NCBI GenBank assembly: GCA_002269645.1
Contig: NIVC01001980.1
Location: forward strand, 1 to 64,000
DNA from: Macrostomum lignano
Taxonomy: Eukaryota
DNA: 64,000 nucleotides
Direction of reading: 5' to 3'
The notes below the pieces were generated by a model. That model made no database searches. It saw only the letters and a list, made by a program, of their open reading frames with translations, and was not told the origin of the DNA. The first letter of the stretch is position 1. Each line of letters begins with the position of its first letter. Of the stretch, positions 1-13,270 are shown piece after piece. A program made the translations under genes and the position numbers.

Positions 1-1710
1 GGCAGCTGAGCACGGACCAACAGTCCAGGACTGGATCTCAGAGTACCTGGGCCGATCGTCACTCTGGCCTTCGACTCCAGCCGCATACCCTGGACGCGAT
101 GTCCCAACGCCGACTCCCAACGCCTGAAGCTGCTCGCCCTGCTGCCTGGCAACCGGCCGACATTCTGTGGACGTCTGCGGCCGCAGCGTCAGCGGCGCAC
201 CGTCTACCCGCTGGCCAGTCGGTACACCGGCGGCATCTCCTGGCGGGAGAAGGTGGCCTCCGCCCGGCTGGCCATGGCAGCGAGAGGAGCCGCCGCTCTG
301 TCCGTCACGGCCCTGGACGAGGTCGCCTACCTGCTGAACCTGCGCGCTACCGTGGTGGCCGGCCAGCCCTACTTCCGAGGCGTCGTACTGCTGCTGCGGA
401 ACTCCACCAGCCCGATTGTGTTTCTGGACAGTGGCGTCCTTGCCAACCGGCCGTTCGGCGCCACTTCAAGGAGCCACTGTGCGCGACCTGTCTGAGCTGG
501 CAGCATTCGCCGACTCGGCGAAGTTTGGTGGCAGCTCCGCGAATCGCCTCTGGGTCTCCAGAGTGCACGCGTCTCTCGCAACCGTGGCGACTCTTCTGGG
601 CCCGTCGACAGACCCGCTGAACCGTTCGGCCGTGGAGAACGTCATCCGTATCGCACCCCGATTTATTATGCCAAGTCGGTCAAATTCACTTTAGAGCGCG
701 TTGAGTTCGCCGCCTGCAGCCTGCTAGACTCGGCCGCTCTGGTGGCAGCGCTGAGCGACCTCGAACGGCTGGTGGCCGCTCGCCAGCCGGTAACGGAGCT
801 GTCGGTTGCCAGTTTAGTTGACGCGCATCGAGAGCGGCTGCCCAACTACCGCGGCCGGAGCTTCGCCACCATTTCAGCTGTCGGGTCGCACGCGGCTCTC
901 GCTCACTACGTGCCGAGGCCAGAAACTGATAAGCGGCTGGAGCCCAGCACCAGCGGCCCGGACTCGATGCTGCTACTGGACTCCGGTGGCCAGTACCTCG
1001 GCTGCACCACCGACATCACGCGCACGTTGTATTACGGACTCGAGAATCCGGCGCCGGAGCTGCGAGATGTCTACACCCGCGTGCTGATGGGAGTCATCGA
1101 TTTACTAAGCCTGACGTGGCCAGCTGACACTCCCAGCACATTCCTGGACCCCTTCGCCAGACAGCATCTCTGGCTAGCCGGTCTGAACTACGGCCACTCC
1201 ACCGGTCATGGGATCGGCAACTTTCTGGGCGTGCACGAGGGCCCCAACAGTATCCCCAGCTTCCGAAGGCTGACCGAAGGCAACTTCCAGTCTGTTGAGC
1301 CCGGCTACTACAGGCCCGCTTCGCTTGGCGTCCGAGGCTTCGGCATCCGCTTGGAGACAATCACCGGAGTAAAGGCCTGGGCCGAAAAATCACCGGCGAC
1401 AATTGATGATCCAAAAAAACTGTTTCTCTGTATGCATCCGGTGACGTGGGTGCCCTATGATCGGCGTCTGATCGAGCCCGCCTTAATGAACCGGCGCCAG
1501 CTGAGCTGGCTGAACTGGTACCACGCCGAGTGCAGGAAGCGGTTGGCAGAGCCGCTGTCTCAAATTGGACAGGCTGAACTGGCCGAGGAGTATCTGGCTC
1601 TGGCTACCCAGCCAATCAGTAAGACTGAGTCGGCTATGCTTGCCCAAGGAAGCGTACATATCATTGCATCTGCTTCAGTTATAGTTGGAGTAGTGATGTA
1701 CAAGTTTTGA
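1..1710 (+). CDS. Xaa-Pro aminopeptidase (aminopeptidase P, XPNPEP1/2-like), 5'-truncated, with frameshifts in the first ~650 bp
   Basis: Frame from ~649 to stop 1710 has the M24 metal-ligand motifs LLDSGGQY, TTDITRT, HSTGHGIG, VHEGP, EPGYY and GIRLE. Upstream segments YTGGISWREKV and ALDEVAYLLNLR match the creatinase-like domain but lie across at least four frame switches. The C-terminal tail is hydrophobic. Confidence 0.88.
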
Positions 1711-3195
1711 CCTTGTAACTCAAATTAAGGGAGCAAATAAATTATAGGATCTTTTACAATCTTGTACAAAACTTATCTAGTAACGACTTTGATCCAGTAA
1801 TATTATGTCTAGTTATTGATATATTCAAAGGGAACTTAATGTACAGTATAATTACCTTCGACTATTTAATAAAAAACAAACTCATTATTGTATACTACTC
1901 AAATGTGTCTCTGAACTTTAATTGCTAATGATGATGCGTAGGATTTTTGGTTATTTGTGTGTAAGATAGTATAAGAAAAGCAGAAAAAATATTTACGCCC
2001 TCAATTTTCATTGGATTGAAACTTAAAGCCATTTGCAACATTAATTTTGTCTATAGAACGTCATGCAGAAACGAAGATTTACACTGGCAACTGGCATCAA
2101 CTATTTTTAGTGACATACTCATATCAAGTCTTAATTGCCTTACTCCGGACTAGACGTTACCTCTTTGTTTAAGTGGACTGCCTTTTGCACCATAATATGG
2201 AATAAAATATACTAAAAATCAATTAAAGGCCTGAGATATAATTAGGTATAATTGGATTTTTAATTGGTGCGTATTTTAAATACACATTTAGACTATATAG
2301 CACTGTTGAAGTCTCGTCATTTTAAATTGCTTCGTTTGCTCATATTTAAATTTATTATCCGGAAAAAAACAACTAAAATGTATGTTTCGTTAAGTGTGTA
2401 TGTCAGTGTATAGTGTTTAAATGTTAATGATTTTTACTTATGAAAGTTATTCTAAGTTAAATTGTTTATTTTAATAGTATTATTTTTGCTCATTGACAGG
2501 TGTTCTGTAAAGCTCACTCCTTCATTATTCTGAATCCCAAACTTTTGACAGCGTGCAACTTAAATTTGCAAGTCATTAGTGATATTAAAATCAAAACAAA
2601 ACTATAAGTAAGGATTAATATTTTGAATTTCCTTGAATACGCTGGCTAAGCTTGTACAGAGCAGCAAGTAACGTTTGACACATGTGAATGATATAATTTT
2701 TTTATTTCCCTTTTGCTTTAGGTTTTATATCTAAGTTTTGCAAAAAATCATTTAAAAAATCGAAATGAAAAATGTATTAAAAATTTTTATTTTATATTTT
2801 CCAGTCAAACAGTTGTAACTTGGAATATATACAATTTAAAATGATTAGCAATTTTTTTTAAAATGAATAAATGAATAATTAAAATGAACCTGGTTTGATT
2901 TGTTTTGTGGCTATTTGTATCTATTTCTATATAGCTTAAAGAAAGACAGAGATGGCTTAAATATCCATATTTTATGTATTGCCTGCTAAACATTTTGCTA
3001 CTCACAAGAAAGTGTACTTTGAGCATATACATAAATGTTTAAAAAATCTATAATTCAAGTCTAAGATAAAAAATGAATCTTTAGAATTTTGGCAAAACTT
3101 GTATGGCTTTTTGTTAAGCTAACTAAAATTAAAAATTCTATAGTAAATATAAAATAGTAAACTTATAATAAATTCGTTACTGCTGCCTGATTAGA

Positions 3196-6100
3196 ATGTC
3201 ATCAGATGCTGAAATGCGGCCAATGGCAGCTGGCGAGAAGACGCCGCTTCTTCCAGCCGGGCCAAGCCACACCGCCGACTACAGCGTGCTGCGCATTGAG
3301 AATGCTTCCCGGCCGGGCGGCAGCAGCCCCAGGGCTGCCAGCCTGCACCGCCGCCGGTCCAAGAGCTTCTCGGATCTGGAGGCAGTCATGGACCAGCTGC
3401 AGGCCAAGTCCGCTCGCTCTCAGCAGCAGCAGCAGCAGCAGCCGGGCATTACCGAGGAGGGAGTCGACGGCGGCTCTGGAAGCGTCTGCGCTGACGAATC
3501 AGAGCACCGGCCGCCGCGGTCGCGCCTGTACTACGCCAAGGTTGGCGTCATCTTCGCCATTGTGCTCGTCTCCTGCGTGAGTAGCGCAAATAGCTTATTC
3601 ACAATATTCACGCCTCGCCATAACTTCACAAAGCAAGATAAGCATGCACCAAAATATCATCTCTCTTAAACCGCAGACCATCATAGCGGCAACGCCAGAG
3701 AAGGAGAGCCTCTTTCACCTGTACACTGTGAGCAGCGAGAGGTCGCCTTGTAAGTAGTGCATGCTGTTCTTTTTGCATTGGACTTAAGGCAGGAGTCGGC
3801 AAACTTTTTTTTACCTCACGGGGTAAAGGAAAGGAGAGAGGAGAGGGGGAGATAGATTAGAGAAGAGAGCTGAGAAGAGACACAAACCATGAGCGGGCCG
3901 GATTGCTATTGTGAAGTTTCAAAGGACCCGAGGGCCGGATAGAGAGGCTTTGCGGGCCGGACTTTGCCGACTCCTGCACTCCTAAAGTATAAAAAATCAG
4001 ATTCGTTCTAAATGCTGATCTAAAGAAATGCTGAAATTTCTTCCTAGCCATCAACGTGACCCCGTCGATTAATTTCTACTCCGTGGTGCTGGTGAAGCTC
4101 AGAGGCGCTCTGTTGTACACACCGACTGAGACGTCCACCAACATCACGGTCACTGTGGACGAGGTGTTTAGCACTGAGAACATGTCGCAGTCTCTGGTGA
4201 GCCCTGCAGCAGTGAGGGGGGTATTTCAAGTAGCTAACAGTTTTTGCGCTTGATCCTTAGTCCTAAGATCCTTAGCTACCGCCTCCATTTCCTGGAAAGA
4301 CGTCAATAGCAATAGCTAATGTTTTGCCCATCAAAAAACCGCAGGTTTGGACTGTGCCAATTGCGCCCGTAGTAGAAAATGAAGTCTCCGAGGAAATTGT
4401 TCGGGAACGCTACTTTCCGCTTAACCACACCGCGTGAGTCTTCATGTGAAGATACATGTTTTTTTCTGATTTTAATACTCATCAGTACAGACATTAAAAA
4501 CCCAACCTCACTACATTGCGAATGTACCTGATTGACCACCATCCAGCACCCCATAGACAACGTACAGTACATCAAATCAATCCTTTATCCACTACCCCTA
4601 GACATTGTACATCCAATCAATTCTTCACCCACCGCCCCATAGACAATGTACATCAAATCAACCCTACACCCACCGCCCCATAGACAATGTACATCAAATC
4701 AAACCTACACCCACCGCCCCATAGACAATGTACATCAAATCAAACCTACACCCACCGCCCCATAGACAATGTACATCAAATCAAACCTACACCCACCGCC
4801 CCATAGACAATGTACATCAAATCAAACCTACACCCACCGCCCCATAGACAATGTACATCAAATCAAACCTACACCCACCGTCTCATAGACAATGTACGAG
4901 TACATCCAATCAACCCTGCACTCAACTTACATTAAAACCCACCCTATTCTCTACCCAGTCAAAAAGGCAGCGCCAAGCTCAGCATCCGTGTTCGCACAAA
5001 CTACGAGCATTCGCTTCCCCTAGCCGTGTCCTACGAGACCCTCACCAATGCCGTTTATAACGAAGTGATTTACGCTGCCCTAGTTCTGGCATTCGTGTAC
5101 GCGCTAATCATATTCGAGCTGGTGCACCGGTCCCTGGCCGCCATGCTGGGCTCGCTCATGAGCGTGGCCGTGCTGGCTTTAGTAAACAGGCGGCCCAGCC
5201 TCATAGAGGTCATCGCCTGGCTCGACTTTGAGACTCTCAGCCTACTATTTGGCATGATGGTCATGGTTGGCATCTTCTCGGAGTCCGGCTTCTTCGACTG
5301 GGTGGCGGTGCTGGCATTCCGGCTGGCCAAGGGCCGCACAATGGCGCTGGTGACGCTGCTGTGCCTGTTCGCTGCAGTGATCTCCGCCTTCTTGGACAAT
5401 GTCACCACCATCCTGCTGATGGCGCCGGTCACCATTAGACTGTGCGAGGTGCTCAGACTGGATCCTAGACAGCTGCTCATAGCTCAGGTTAGGCGAATGG
5501 AACGCAACCAGTGCCCTTCATGAATGCTCTCGCTAGATTACTTAAATATCTAAATATAGCTTGCAAAGAGGGTGATCGGTTCAATGCGGCAAATCAAGGC
5601 CCCTTGAAAACGTTACTATAACAAGAATCGCTAAAGAGTCATTGCTAACAAACAACTCACTAGTGACTCTAGCGGCTCTGGAGCGGCTCTCGTACTATTT
5701 TGTATTTTACCTGTGTTAACTGCAACGACTCTGGGGTGACACAAGTGACTCTGTGACGCGCTTTTTGGCCTATAGGTAGTCTGACCAACAGAAGTTGCAG
5801 AAGTCTGCAGAGTCCATGTTTACAGATTACTCAACTTTGTCATTGATCGAATTCTTGATCGAGAATTTTCCTGATACTGTACTTATAGTAGAAATATAAG
5901 GAAATACGTTAACAATAAGTCTATGAAAATATGTTCAACACATGCGCTGTCCTAGTAAAAACAGCAGGTCCTAGTTCCTAGAGCGATAATGATTTCCTCT
6001 GCACAATCAGGTGATGTTCTCTAACGTTGGCGGCACAGCCACCGCGGTCGGCGATCCGCCAAACGTGATCATCGCCTCGAATGCCGAGCTGGCGGAGCAG

Positions 6101-9100
6101 GGCGTCACGTTCACCAACTTCACGGTGCACATGACTCTGGGCATCGTGTTCATCACCGTGGCCGCCTACGCCCTCCTCCGCCTGGTTTACTGGCGCCAGG
6201 ACCTCGAGTCCAACGAGGACCCCGTGGCCGCCGAGATCCGGCGCGAAGTTGAAGTCTGGCGTCGGACAGCCTACGGTTTCGCCGTGACCACCAGCGAGCA
6301 GGCGGCGGTGAAGGCGCTGCTGCAGGCCAAGATCTGCGAGCTGGAGCACCGCCTGGCCGTGCACCGGGTGACCGCCACGGCTGACAAGCCATTTGAGCAG
6401 ACCCTCGCCGAGCTGCAGCAGAAGGTTAGGCTCAGAGCTGCTTCTTTTATGCGCATTTCTTTTGGCTTTGTATCTGCTGTACAGGTGGCAATTCTTACTG
6501 TAGATCGAAGCACAGCATTGCGCCCACTGTTTCATGCCGCATCACTTGACAGCATCATACATCATCACTTGACAGCATCATACAGCATCCCTTATCAGCA
6601 TCACTTGACAGCATCACTTGACAGCATCATACAGCATCACTTGACAGCATTATACAGCATCACTTGACAGCATCCCTTGACAGCATCATACAGCATCATA
6701 CAGCATCACTTGACAGCATCACAGCATCACAGCATCACTTGACAGCATCACAGCATCACTTGACAGCATCACTTGACAGCATCATACAGCATCACTTGAC
6801 AGCATCATACAGCATCACTTGACAGCATCACTTGACAGCATCACTTGACAGCATCATACAGCATCACTTGACAGCATCATACAGCATCACTTGACAGCAT
6901 CACTTGACAGCATCATACAGCATCACTTGACAGCATCATACAGCATCACTTGACAGCATCACTTGACAGCATCACTTGACAGCATCATACAGCATCACTT
7001 GACAGCATCATACAGCATCACTTGACAGCATCACTTGACAGCATCATACAGCATCACTTGACAGCATCATACAGCATCACTTGACAGCATCATACAGCAT
7101 CCCTTGACAGCATCATACAGCATCCCTTGACAGCATAATACAGCATCCCTTGACAGCATAATACAGCATCACTTGACAGCATCATACAGAATTAAAAAAT
7201 CGCATGGAAATGACCAATTGTACATTTGGCCAGAAAACAAAAGGGTGTCACGTGATGCAATGTACATCTTAAATTAATACTTTATTGAAATTCTACAAAA
7301 CTATCCTACATGCATTGAACTTGGTCAGTACGGCATCAAGGACAAGGAGCTGCTGATTAAGTGTTCCATTGTCCTATCAGCTGTAATTGTCTTATTTTTC
7401 CTGTCTTCAACCGTGGATGCCCTGCACTTGGATCTTGGTATGGCAACCTGTTATTATCTAAAACTGACTGATTTCAGCATTGATTATTGACCTGTGATTG
7501 GGTCTAATTGAGCTGTTGTAGCCACTTGGTACATCAATAAATGATTTTCTAATTTTTAATTTTTTACACCTCTGCAGGATTTTATAATTATGTAGTTCTG
7601 TGAAATTCAGGATACTTTTTTATATCAAATATTGCAGATTGGCAGATATCACAGATTTGCAGATTTAGAAGATTTGCAGATATCGCAGATTGGCAGATAT
7701 CGCAGATTGGCAGATATCGCAGATTGGCAGATATCGCAGATCGGCAAATATCATAGATTGCCATATTGGCAGACATCGCAGATTGGCAGATATCGCAGAT
7801 TGACAGAATAGTAGATATCGCAGATCGGCAAATATCGTAGATTGCCATATTGGCAGATATCGCAGATTGGCAGATATCGCAGATTGACAGAATGGCAGAT
7901 ATCGCAGATTGACAGAATGGCAGATATCGCAGATTGGCAGATATCGCAGATCGGCAAATATCATAGATTGCCATATTGGCAGATATCGCAGATTGGCAGA
8001 TATCGCAGATTGACAGAATGGCAGATATCGCAGATTGACAGAATGGCAGATATCGCAGATCGGCAAATATCATAGATTGCCATATTGGCAGACATCGCAG
8101 ATTGGCAGATATCGCAGATTGGCAGATATCGCAGATTGGCAGATATCGCAGATTGGCAGATATCGCAGATTGACAGAATAGTAGATATCGCAGATCGGCA
8201 AATATCGTAGATTGGCAGATATCGCAGATTGGCAGATATCGCAGATCGGCAAATATCATAGATTGCCATATTGGCAGACATCGCAGATTGGCAGATATCG
8301 CAGATTGACAGAATAGTAGATATCGCAGATCGGCAAATATCGTAGATTGCCATATTGGCAGATATCGCAGATCGGCAAATATCGCAGATTGACAGAATGG
8401 CAGATATCGCAGATCGGCAAATATCGCAGATTGACAGAATAGTAGATATCGCAGATCGGCAAATATCGTAGATTGCCATATTGGCAGATATCGCAGATTG
8501 GCAGATATCGCAGATTGGCAGATATCGCAGATTGACAGAATGGCAGATATCGCAGATTGGCAGATATCGCAGATTAGTAGATATCGCAGATTGGTAGATA
8601 TCGCAGATTGGCAGATATCGCAAATTGGCAGATATCGCAGATTGGCAGATATCGCAAATTAGTAGATATCGCAGATTGTCAATCGTCAACAAAATTGGCA
8701 GGCTGGATCGCCGTGATGGGCGGCATCGCCCTGCTGGTGCTGACAGACTTCGCAGACATGGACACCCTGCTGCATCGCATTGAGTGGAGCACTTTGATCT
8801 TCTTTGCCGCCCTGTTCGCCCTGATGGAGGCCCTGCGCGAACTCCGCCTAGTCACTTGGATTGGAGACCAGATGAAGCTTGTGATTCAGGCCCTGCCCGA
8901 GTCCTCCCAGCTGCCTGTCGCCATCCTCATCGTCCTGTGGGTGAGCGCGCTGGCCTCCGCCTTCATCGACAACATCCCGTTCACCACGGCGATGATCCCC
9001 ATCATCCTGGAGCTGGCTGACGTGCTGCCCATCCTGCCGCTGGTCTGGTCGCTGGCCTTCGGCGCCTGCCTTGGCGGCAACGGCACCATCATTGGCGCGT

Positions 9101-11067
9101 CGGCCAATGTTGTTGCCGCCGGCATCGCGGAACAGAACGGCTACCCGTTCACCTTTGTGCAGTTCTTCAGGTGCGCTGGCGCTGATCTTGTCAGGGACTA
9201 AACAAGTGGAAGGACGGGAACCTACGTTTCTATGAAAATTTTAGGAGACAGGCTTTTTCTGAAAAAAATACATTACGGAGATAGGAGGCAGAAACAATAT
9301 TCATATTTTGATATGTCTGTCCTTCCTTATAGCTCTATTGATATACAGATGAACACTGGGTCGGCCTCCTATCGAAAGAAATAACAATTTTTGTGCTGAA
9401 AAAATGAAGACCGATCTCCGTAATGTACTTTTTTGAAAAAAACCTGCCTCCAAGTTTACCAAGAAACGTAATTTCACGTCCTTCTACTTGAGTAGGCCTT
9501 GGATTTTGTGTGGGAAAGGAGGGGAGTGAATTTCCAAGTGAAGCAAGCATATGTTCTGCTCGAGCTGCACTCAAAAGTTTGAAAAATTCCTCAGTCATAC
9601 ACACGACTATTTACTTTGCGAGCGCATGTTCAAAAGAGAGTTAAAAAATCCAACTTGCCTACTGACAACAGTAGAGCAAACGGAGCATTTGCTGCCGCCT
9701 CTGTGGCCGGACTGCAAAACCGCAGTTAATTGGCTTCCGGATTTCGGCTTCAGTGTTGAGTTTCTTGCCCGAGCTGTCAGCTCAGCCTACATTTTTCGGG
9801 AGCTCAGAGAGTATCGAGGATAATAATCCCTACTTGTTATTGCTGCTTGAATTCCCAAAAGGGATTGAAATGGGCTTGCCTTGAACTATTCGAATATTTA
9901 TTCGCTGGCACATGGCAACCGGTAGATAATTCGATTTTACAAGCTCGAAGCTTCACATTGTCGAAAAGTCTGCTGATAAATTTCGTCAGCTCAAACCTTC
10001 ACATTTCAATAATGCGAGTTTTGTCGAGCCTGTGAATCTTCGAGCTTGTGAATCTTTGGGCCTGTAAACCGTTAAGCTTGTGAATCTTCGAGCATGTGAA
10101 TCTTCGAGTTTTTGAATCGAGGTTAGGAAGCTCCGAGGTTGTGAATCTGAGGTTGTGGATCTTCAAGCTTGTGAATCTTCAAGCTTTTGAATCTTCAAGC
10201 TTGTGAATCTTCCAGCTTGTGAATATTTGGGCCTGTGAATCTTTGGGCCTGTGAATCTTTGGGCCTGTGAATCTTTGGGCCTGTGAATCTTTGGGCCTGT
10301 GAACCGTTAAGCTTGTGAATCTTTGGGCCTGTAAACCGTTAAGCTTGTGAATCTTTGGGCTTGTGAATATTTGAGCCTGTAAAACGTTAAGCTTGTGAAT
10401 CTTTGGGCCTGTGAACCGTTAAGCTTGTGAATCTTCGAACATGTGAATCTTCGAGCTTGTGAATCTTCGAGCTTGTGAATCTTCGAGCATGTAAATCTTC
10501 GAGCATGTGAATCTTTGAGCATGTGAATCTTCGAGCATGTGAATCTTTGAGCATGTGAATCTTCGAGTTTTTGAATCGAGGTTATGAAGCTCCGAGGTTG
10601 TGAATTCCCGAAGTTTTGAATCTGAGGTTGTGAATCTTCAAGCTTGTGAATCTTCAAGCTTGTGAATCTTCCAGCTTGTGAATCTTTGGGCCTGTGAATC
10701 TTTGGGCCTGTGAACCGTTAAGCTTGTGAATCTTTGGGCCTGTGAACCGTTAAGCTTGTGAACTTTCGAGCTTGTGAATCTTCGAGCTTTTGAATCGAGG
10801 TTATGAAGCTTCGAGGTTGTTAATTCCCGAGGTTGTTAATCTTCAAGCTTGTGAATCTTCGAGCCTGTGAAAATTTTAGCCTATGAATTTTAAGGTTGTA
10901 AAGTTTCAATCTTGGGGATATTCGAGTTTATAAAACGCCCCCAGAAGATCTCTTAATTGCTCACCCGGCATTGCAGGGTCGGATTTCCAATGATGGTTTG
11001 CACAGTGACAATTGCCATGCTATACCTGCTAGTCTGCCACTCGCTGATTGGCTGGAACTATTACTGA
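3196..11067 (+). CDS. OCA2: P protein / OCA2 (ArsB/NhaD/SLC13-like transporter), 9 exons
   Basis: Phase-consistent GT-AG exons: 3196-3576, 3677-3749, 4048-~4211/4220, 4345-4433, 4959-5487, 6011-6424, 7329-7437, 8702-9170, 10977-11067. Motifs include [62 protein letters not shown] and VGFPMM. An N-terminal acidic dileucine signal EKTPLL is present. Confidence 0.93.
3790..3976. mobile_element. hAT/Charlie-like MITE in OCA2 intron 2
   Basis: Terminal inverted repeats caggagtcggcaaa / tttgccgactcctg, with internal gcgggccgga motifs typical of Charlie-type MITEs. No clear 8-bp TSD. Confidence 0.6.
4560..4880. repeat. 41-bp minisatellite in an OCA2 intron
   Basis: Unit tagacaatgtacatcaaatcaaacctacacccaccgcccca, about 7-8 copies. 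Confidence 0.92.
6535..7190. repeat. Mixed 13/10-bp tandem repeat in an OCA2 intron
   Basis: Interspersed units cagcatcacttga and cagcatcata. Confidence 0.95.
7635..8680. repeat. 17-bp minisatellite in an OCA2 intron
   Basis: Unit gcagatatcgcagattg with variants. It ends about 20 nt before the acceptor at 8701. Confidence 0.95.
9190..9503. mobile_element. MITE with ~90-bp TIRs (family also at 63319-63652)
   Basis: Arms ...aaaatacattacggagat / atctccgtaatgtacttttt... with ends resembling actactcaagtagaagg. The internal segment atgaacactgggtcggcctcctat is shared with the second copy. Confidence 0.7.
10040..10870. repeat. 16-bp minisatellite in the last OCA2 intron
   Basis: Units gtgaatctttgggcct, gtgaatcttcgagctt and gtgaaccgttaagctt. 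Confidence 0.92.
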
Positions 11068-11439
11068 ACTTGGCGTGCCAACCAATCACTAAACTGGTGA
11101 CTGCGACTTTGTCATCTTTTTGTGTCTTCCAAACAGGTTCAGATTTTTATTCAGGTACTAGAACAAATTTAACAATTGATAGTTCCTCCACTGTACATTT
11201 ATAACTTGTGCTCGCATCCACTGTTTGGGGCTGTTGCTTCGATTTTTAATTTTACTGTTTTTATTGTGTTCATTAATTTTTTCAATGAATTTTATACTAC
11301 GAGTAAGATTTTGTTTTAATTGTAAAAGCTGCGAGTCAAATTGTAAAACAGAGGATCCATTAACCCTGTCAGATGTCAGTAAATGTGTCAGTAAGGTGTC
11401 ATACACTTTTCCGTGTCGGAAAACACTTTGGGTGCATTC

Positions 11440-12068
11440 GATTGAGTCAGGTGTCAGTAGTTAGTTCAGGTGTCATTGAATGAGTCATAATGCTATTGTA
11501 TTGATTCAGGGTGTCATAAAATGAGTCAGAGTGTCATTAAATGAGTCAGGTGTCAGTAGTTAGTTCAGGTGTCATTGAATGAGTCATAATGCTATTGTAT
11601 TGATTCAGGGTGTCATAAAATGAGTCAGGGTGTCATTAAATGAGTCAGGCTGTCATAAAATGAGTCAGGCTGTCATTAAATGAGTCAGGCTGTCAGTAAA
11701 TGAGTCAGGCTGTCATTAACTGAGTCAGGGTGTCATTAAATAAGTCAGGCTGTCATAAACTGAGTCAGGGTGTCATTAAATGAGTCAGGCTGTCATTAAA
11801 TGAGTCAGGCTGTCAGTAAATGAGTCAGGCTGTCATTAACTGAGTCAGGCTGTCATAAAATAAGTCAGGCTGTCATTAAATGAGTCAGGCTGTCAGTAAA
11901 TGAGTCAGGGTGTCATTAAATGAGTCAGGCGGTCATAAAATAAGTCAGGCTGTCATTAAATGAGTCAGGCGGTCATTAAATGAGTCAGGCTGTCATTAAA
12001 TGAGTCAGGCTGTCATTAAATGAGTCAGGCGGTGATTAAATGAGTCAAGCGTCACAAAAATGAGTCAG
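11440..12068. repeat. 20-bp minisatellite containing TGAGTCA
   Basis: Unit aatgagtcaggctgtcatta, about 28 copies, 3' of OCA2. Confidence 0.93.
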
Positions 12069-12965
12069 GTACACTGAGACGTGCCCCATTGTGATATCCG
12101 GGATCTGGCAGTGCATGGGCGAGCTGTGCAGCTGTGAGTGGAAATTCGTGACTGAGTTGCAGCCGCCTGGATTTGATTTTCGCGCGGCAGCCGTCAGTTG
12201 CGCCTGAGCAGTCTCAGTGACCGGGCGCTCTTTTTGTGCAATCAAATTTCCTCAGCTCATTTCTTTCGCCTTTGATCTGCAAATAATAATTATTTATTTA
12301 TCTTTATAAAAAAATGTCCAAATGTCGAAGTCGCAGTCTTTAATCAGGTGCAATTTTTGTCTTTGATTCTGCCCATTTTTTGTCACGAATTTTGGCTTGA
12401 TTCTGCTAGTAAGTATTCGACGTGTACTGAGCCCGCCGGGCTGCATCTGCAAAACAACCTTGCTTTGTCCCTAGATTTTTTTCTGTCAGACAAAATCAGA
12501 CCAAATTTTCAGATTAAACCTCATGTACGATTTTTTTTTATTCTTGTTAGAATTTTGTGCGCCCCGTCTTTCCGTGTAAGAAGCGAACTGCACTTGACAA
12601 AAGTGCCTCTGCTAGCAAGAAGCGGGTTGAGAAAATGTAAACAAATACAAAATGGCTGTTTTCGATTTTATAGCATAATACATCCTGTTTTGATGGCTTC
12701 ATTGTTTTGAATTATCCTTGGCATCCGTTTTCCATCCGATTGGGAAAAGCGCTCACTAATTAGGAGACCTATTATTCGAATGTGAATGCTCAAGATTCCT
12801 ATTGAAGTAATTTCATTTCGGTGGCTGAAGCTGCTCGACTTGAGTCACGCCAATTTCTGAAAAGAGCAGTTTGACACTTCGTGAGCGGTCGATTGGGGGA
12901 TTCCAATGAGGCAGAAATCGTTTGGTTTTCTGATTTGTATGATCCGTTTGCTTTAGAAGAAACTC

Positions 12966-13270
12966 TTAAAATTGTGTGAGGCGCCAGGGAAATTGTGTGA
13001 GGCGCCAGGGAAATGGTGTGAGGCGCCAGGGAAATTGTGTGAGGCGCCACGGAAAATGTGTGAGGCGCCAGGGAAACTGTGTGAGGCGCCAGGGAAACTG
13101 TGTGAGGCGCCAGCGAAAATGTGTGAGGCGCAGCACGGAAAATATGTGAGGCGCCACGAAAAATGTGAAGCGCCATGGAAATTGTGTGAGGCGCCATGGA
13201 AGATGTGAAGCGCCATGGAAAATGTGTGAGGCGCCAAGGAAATGTGTGAGGCGCCAGGGAAAATGTGAAG
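12966..13270. repeat. 21-bp minisatellite upstream of the GPCR
   Basis: Unit gtgtgaggcgccagggaaatt. Confidence 0.92.

Noticed and set aside
7588-8692. Cys-rich ICDIC ORFs resembling zinc fingers
   Set aside because: They are translations of the 17-bp intronic minisatellite on the antisense strand.
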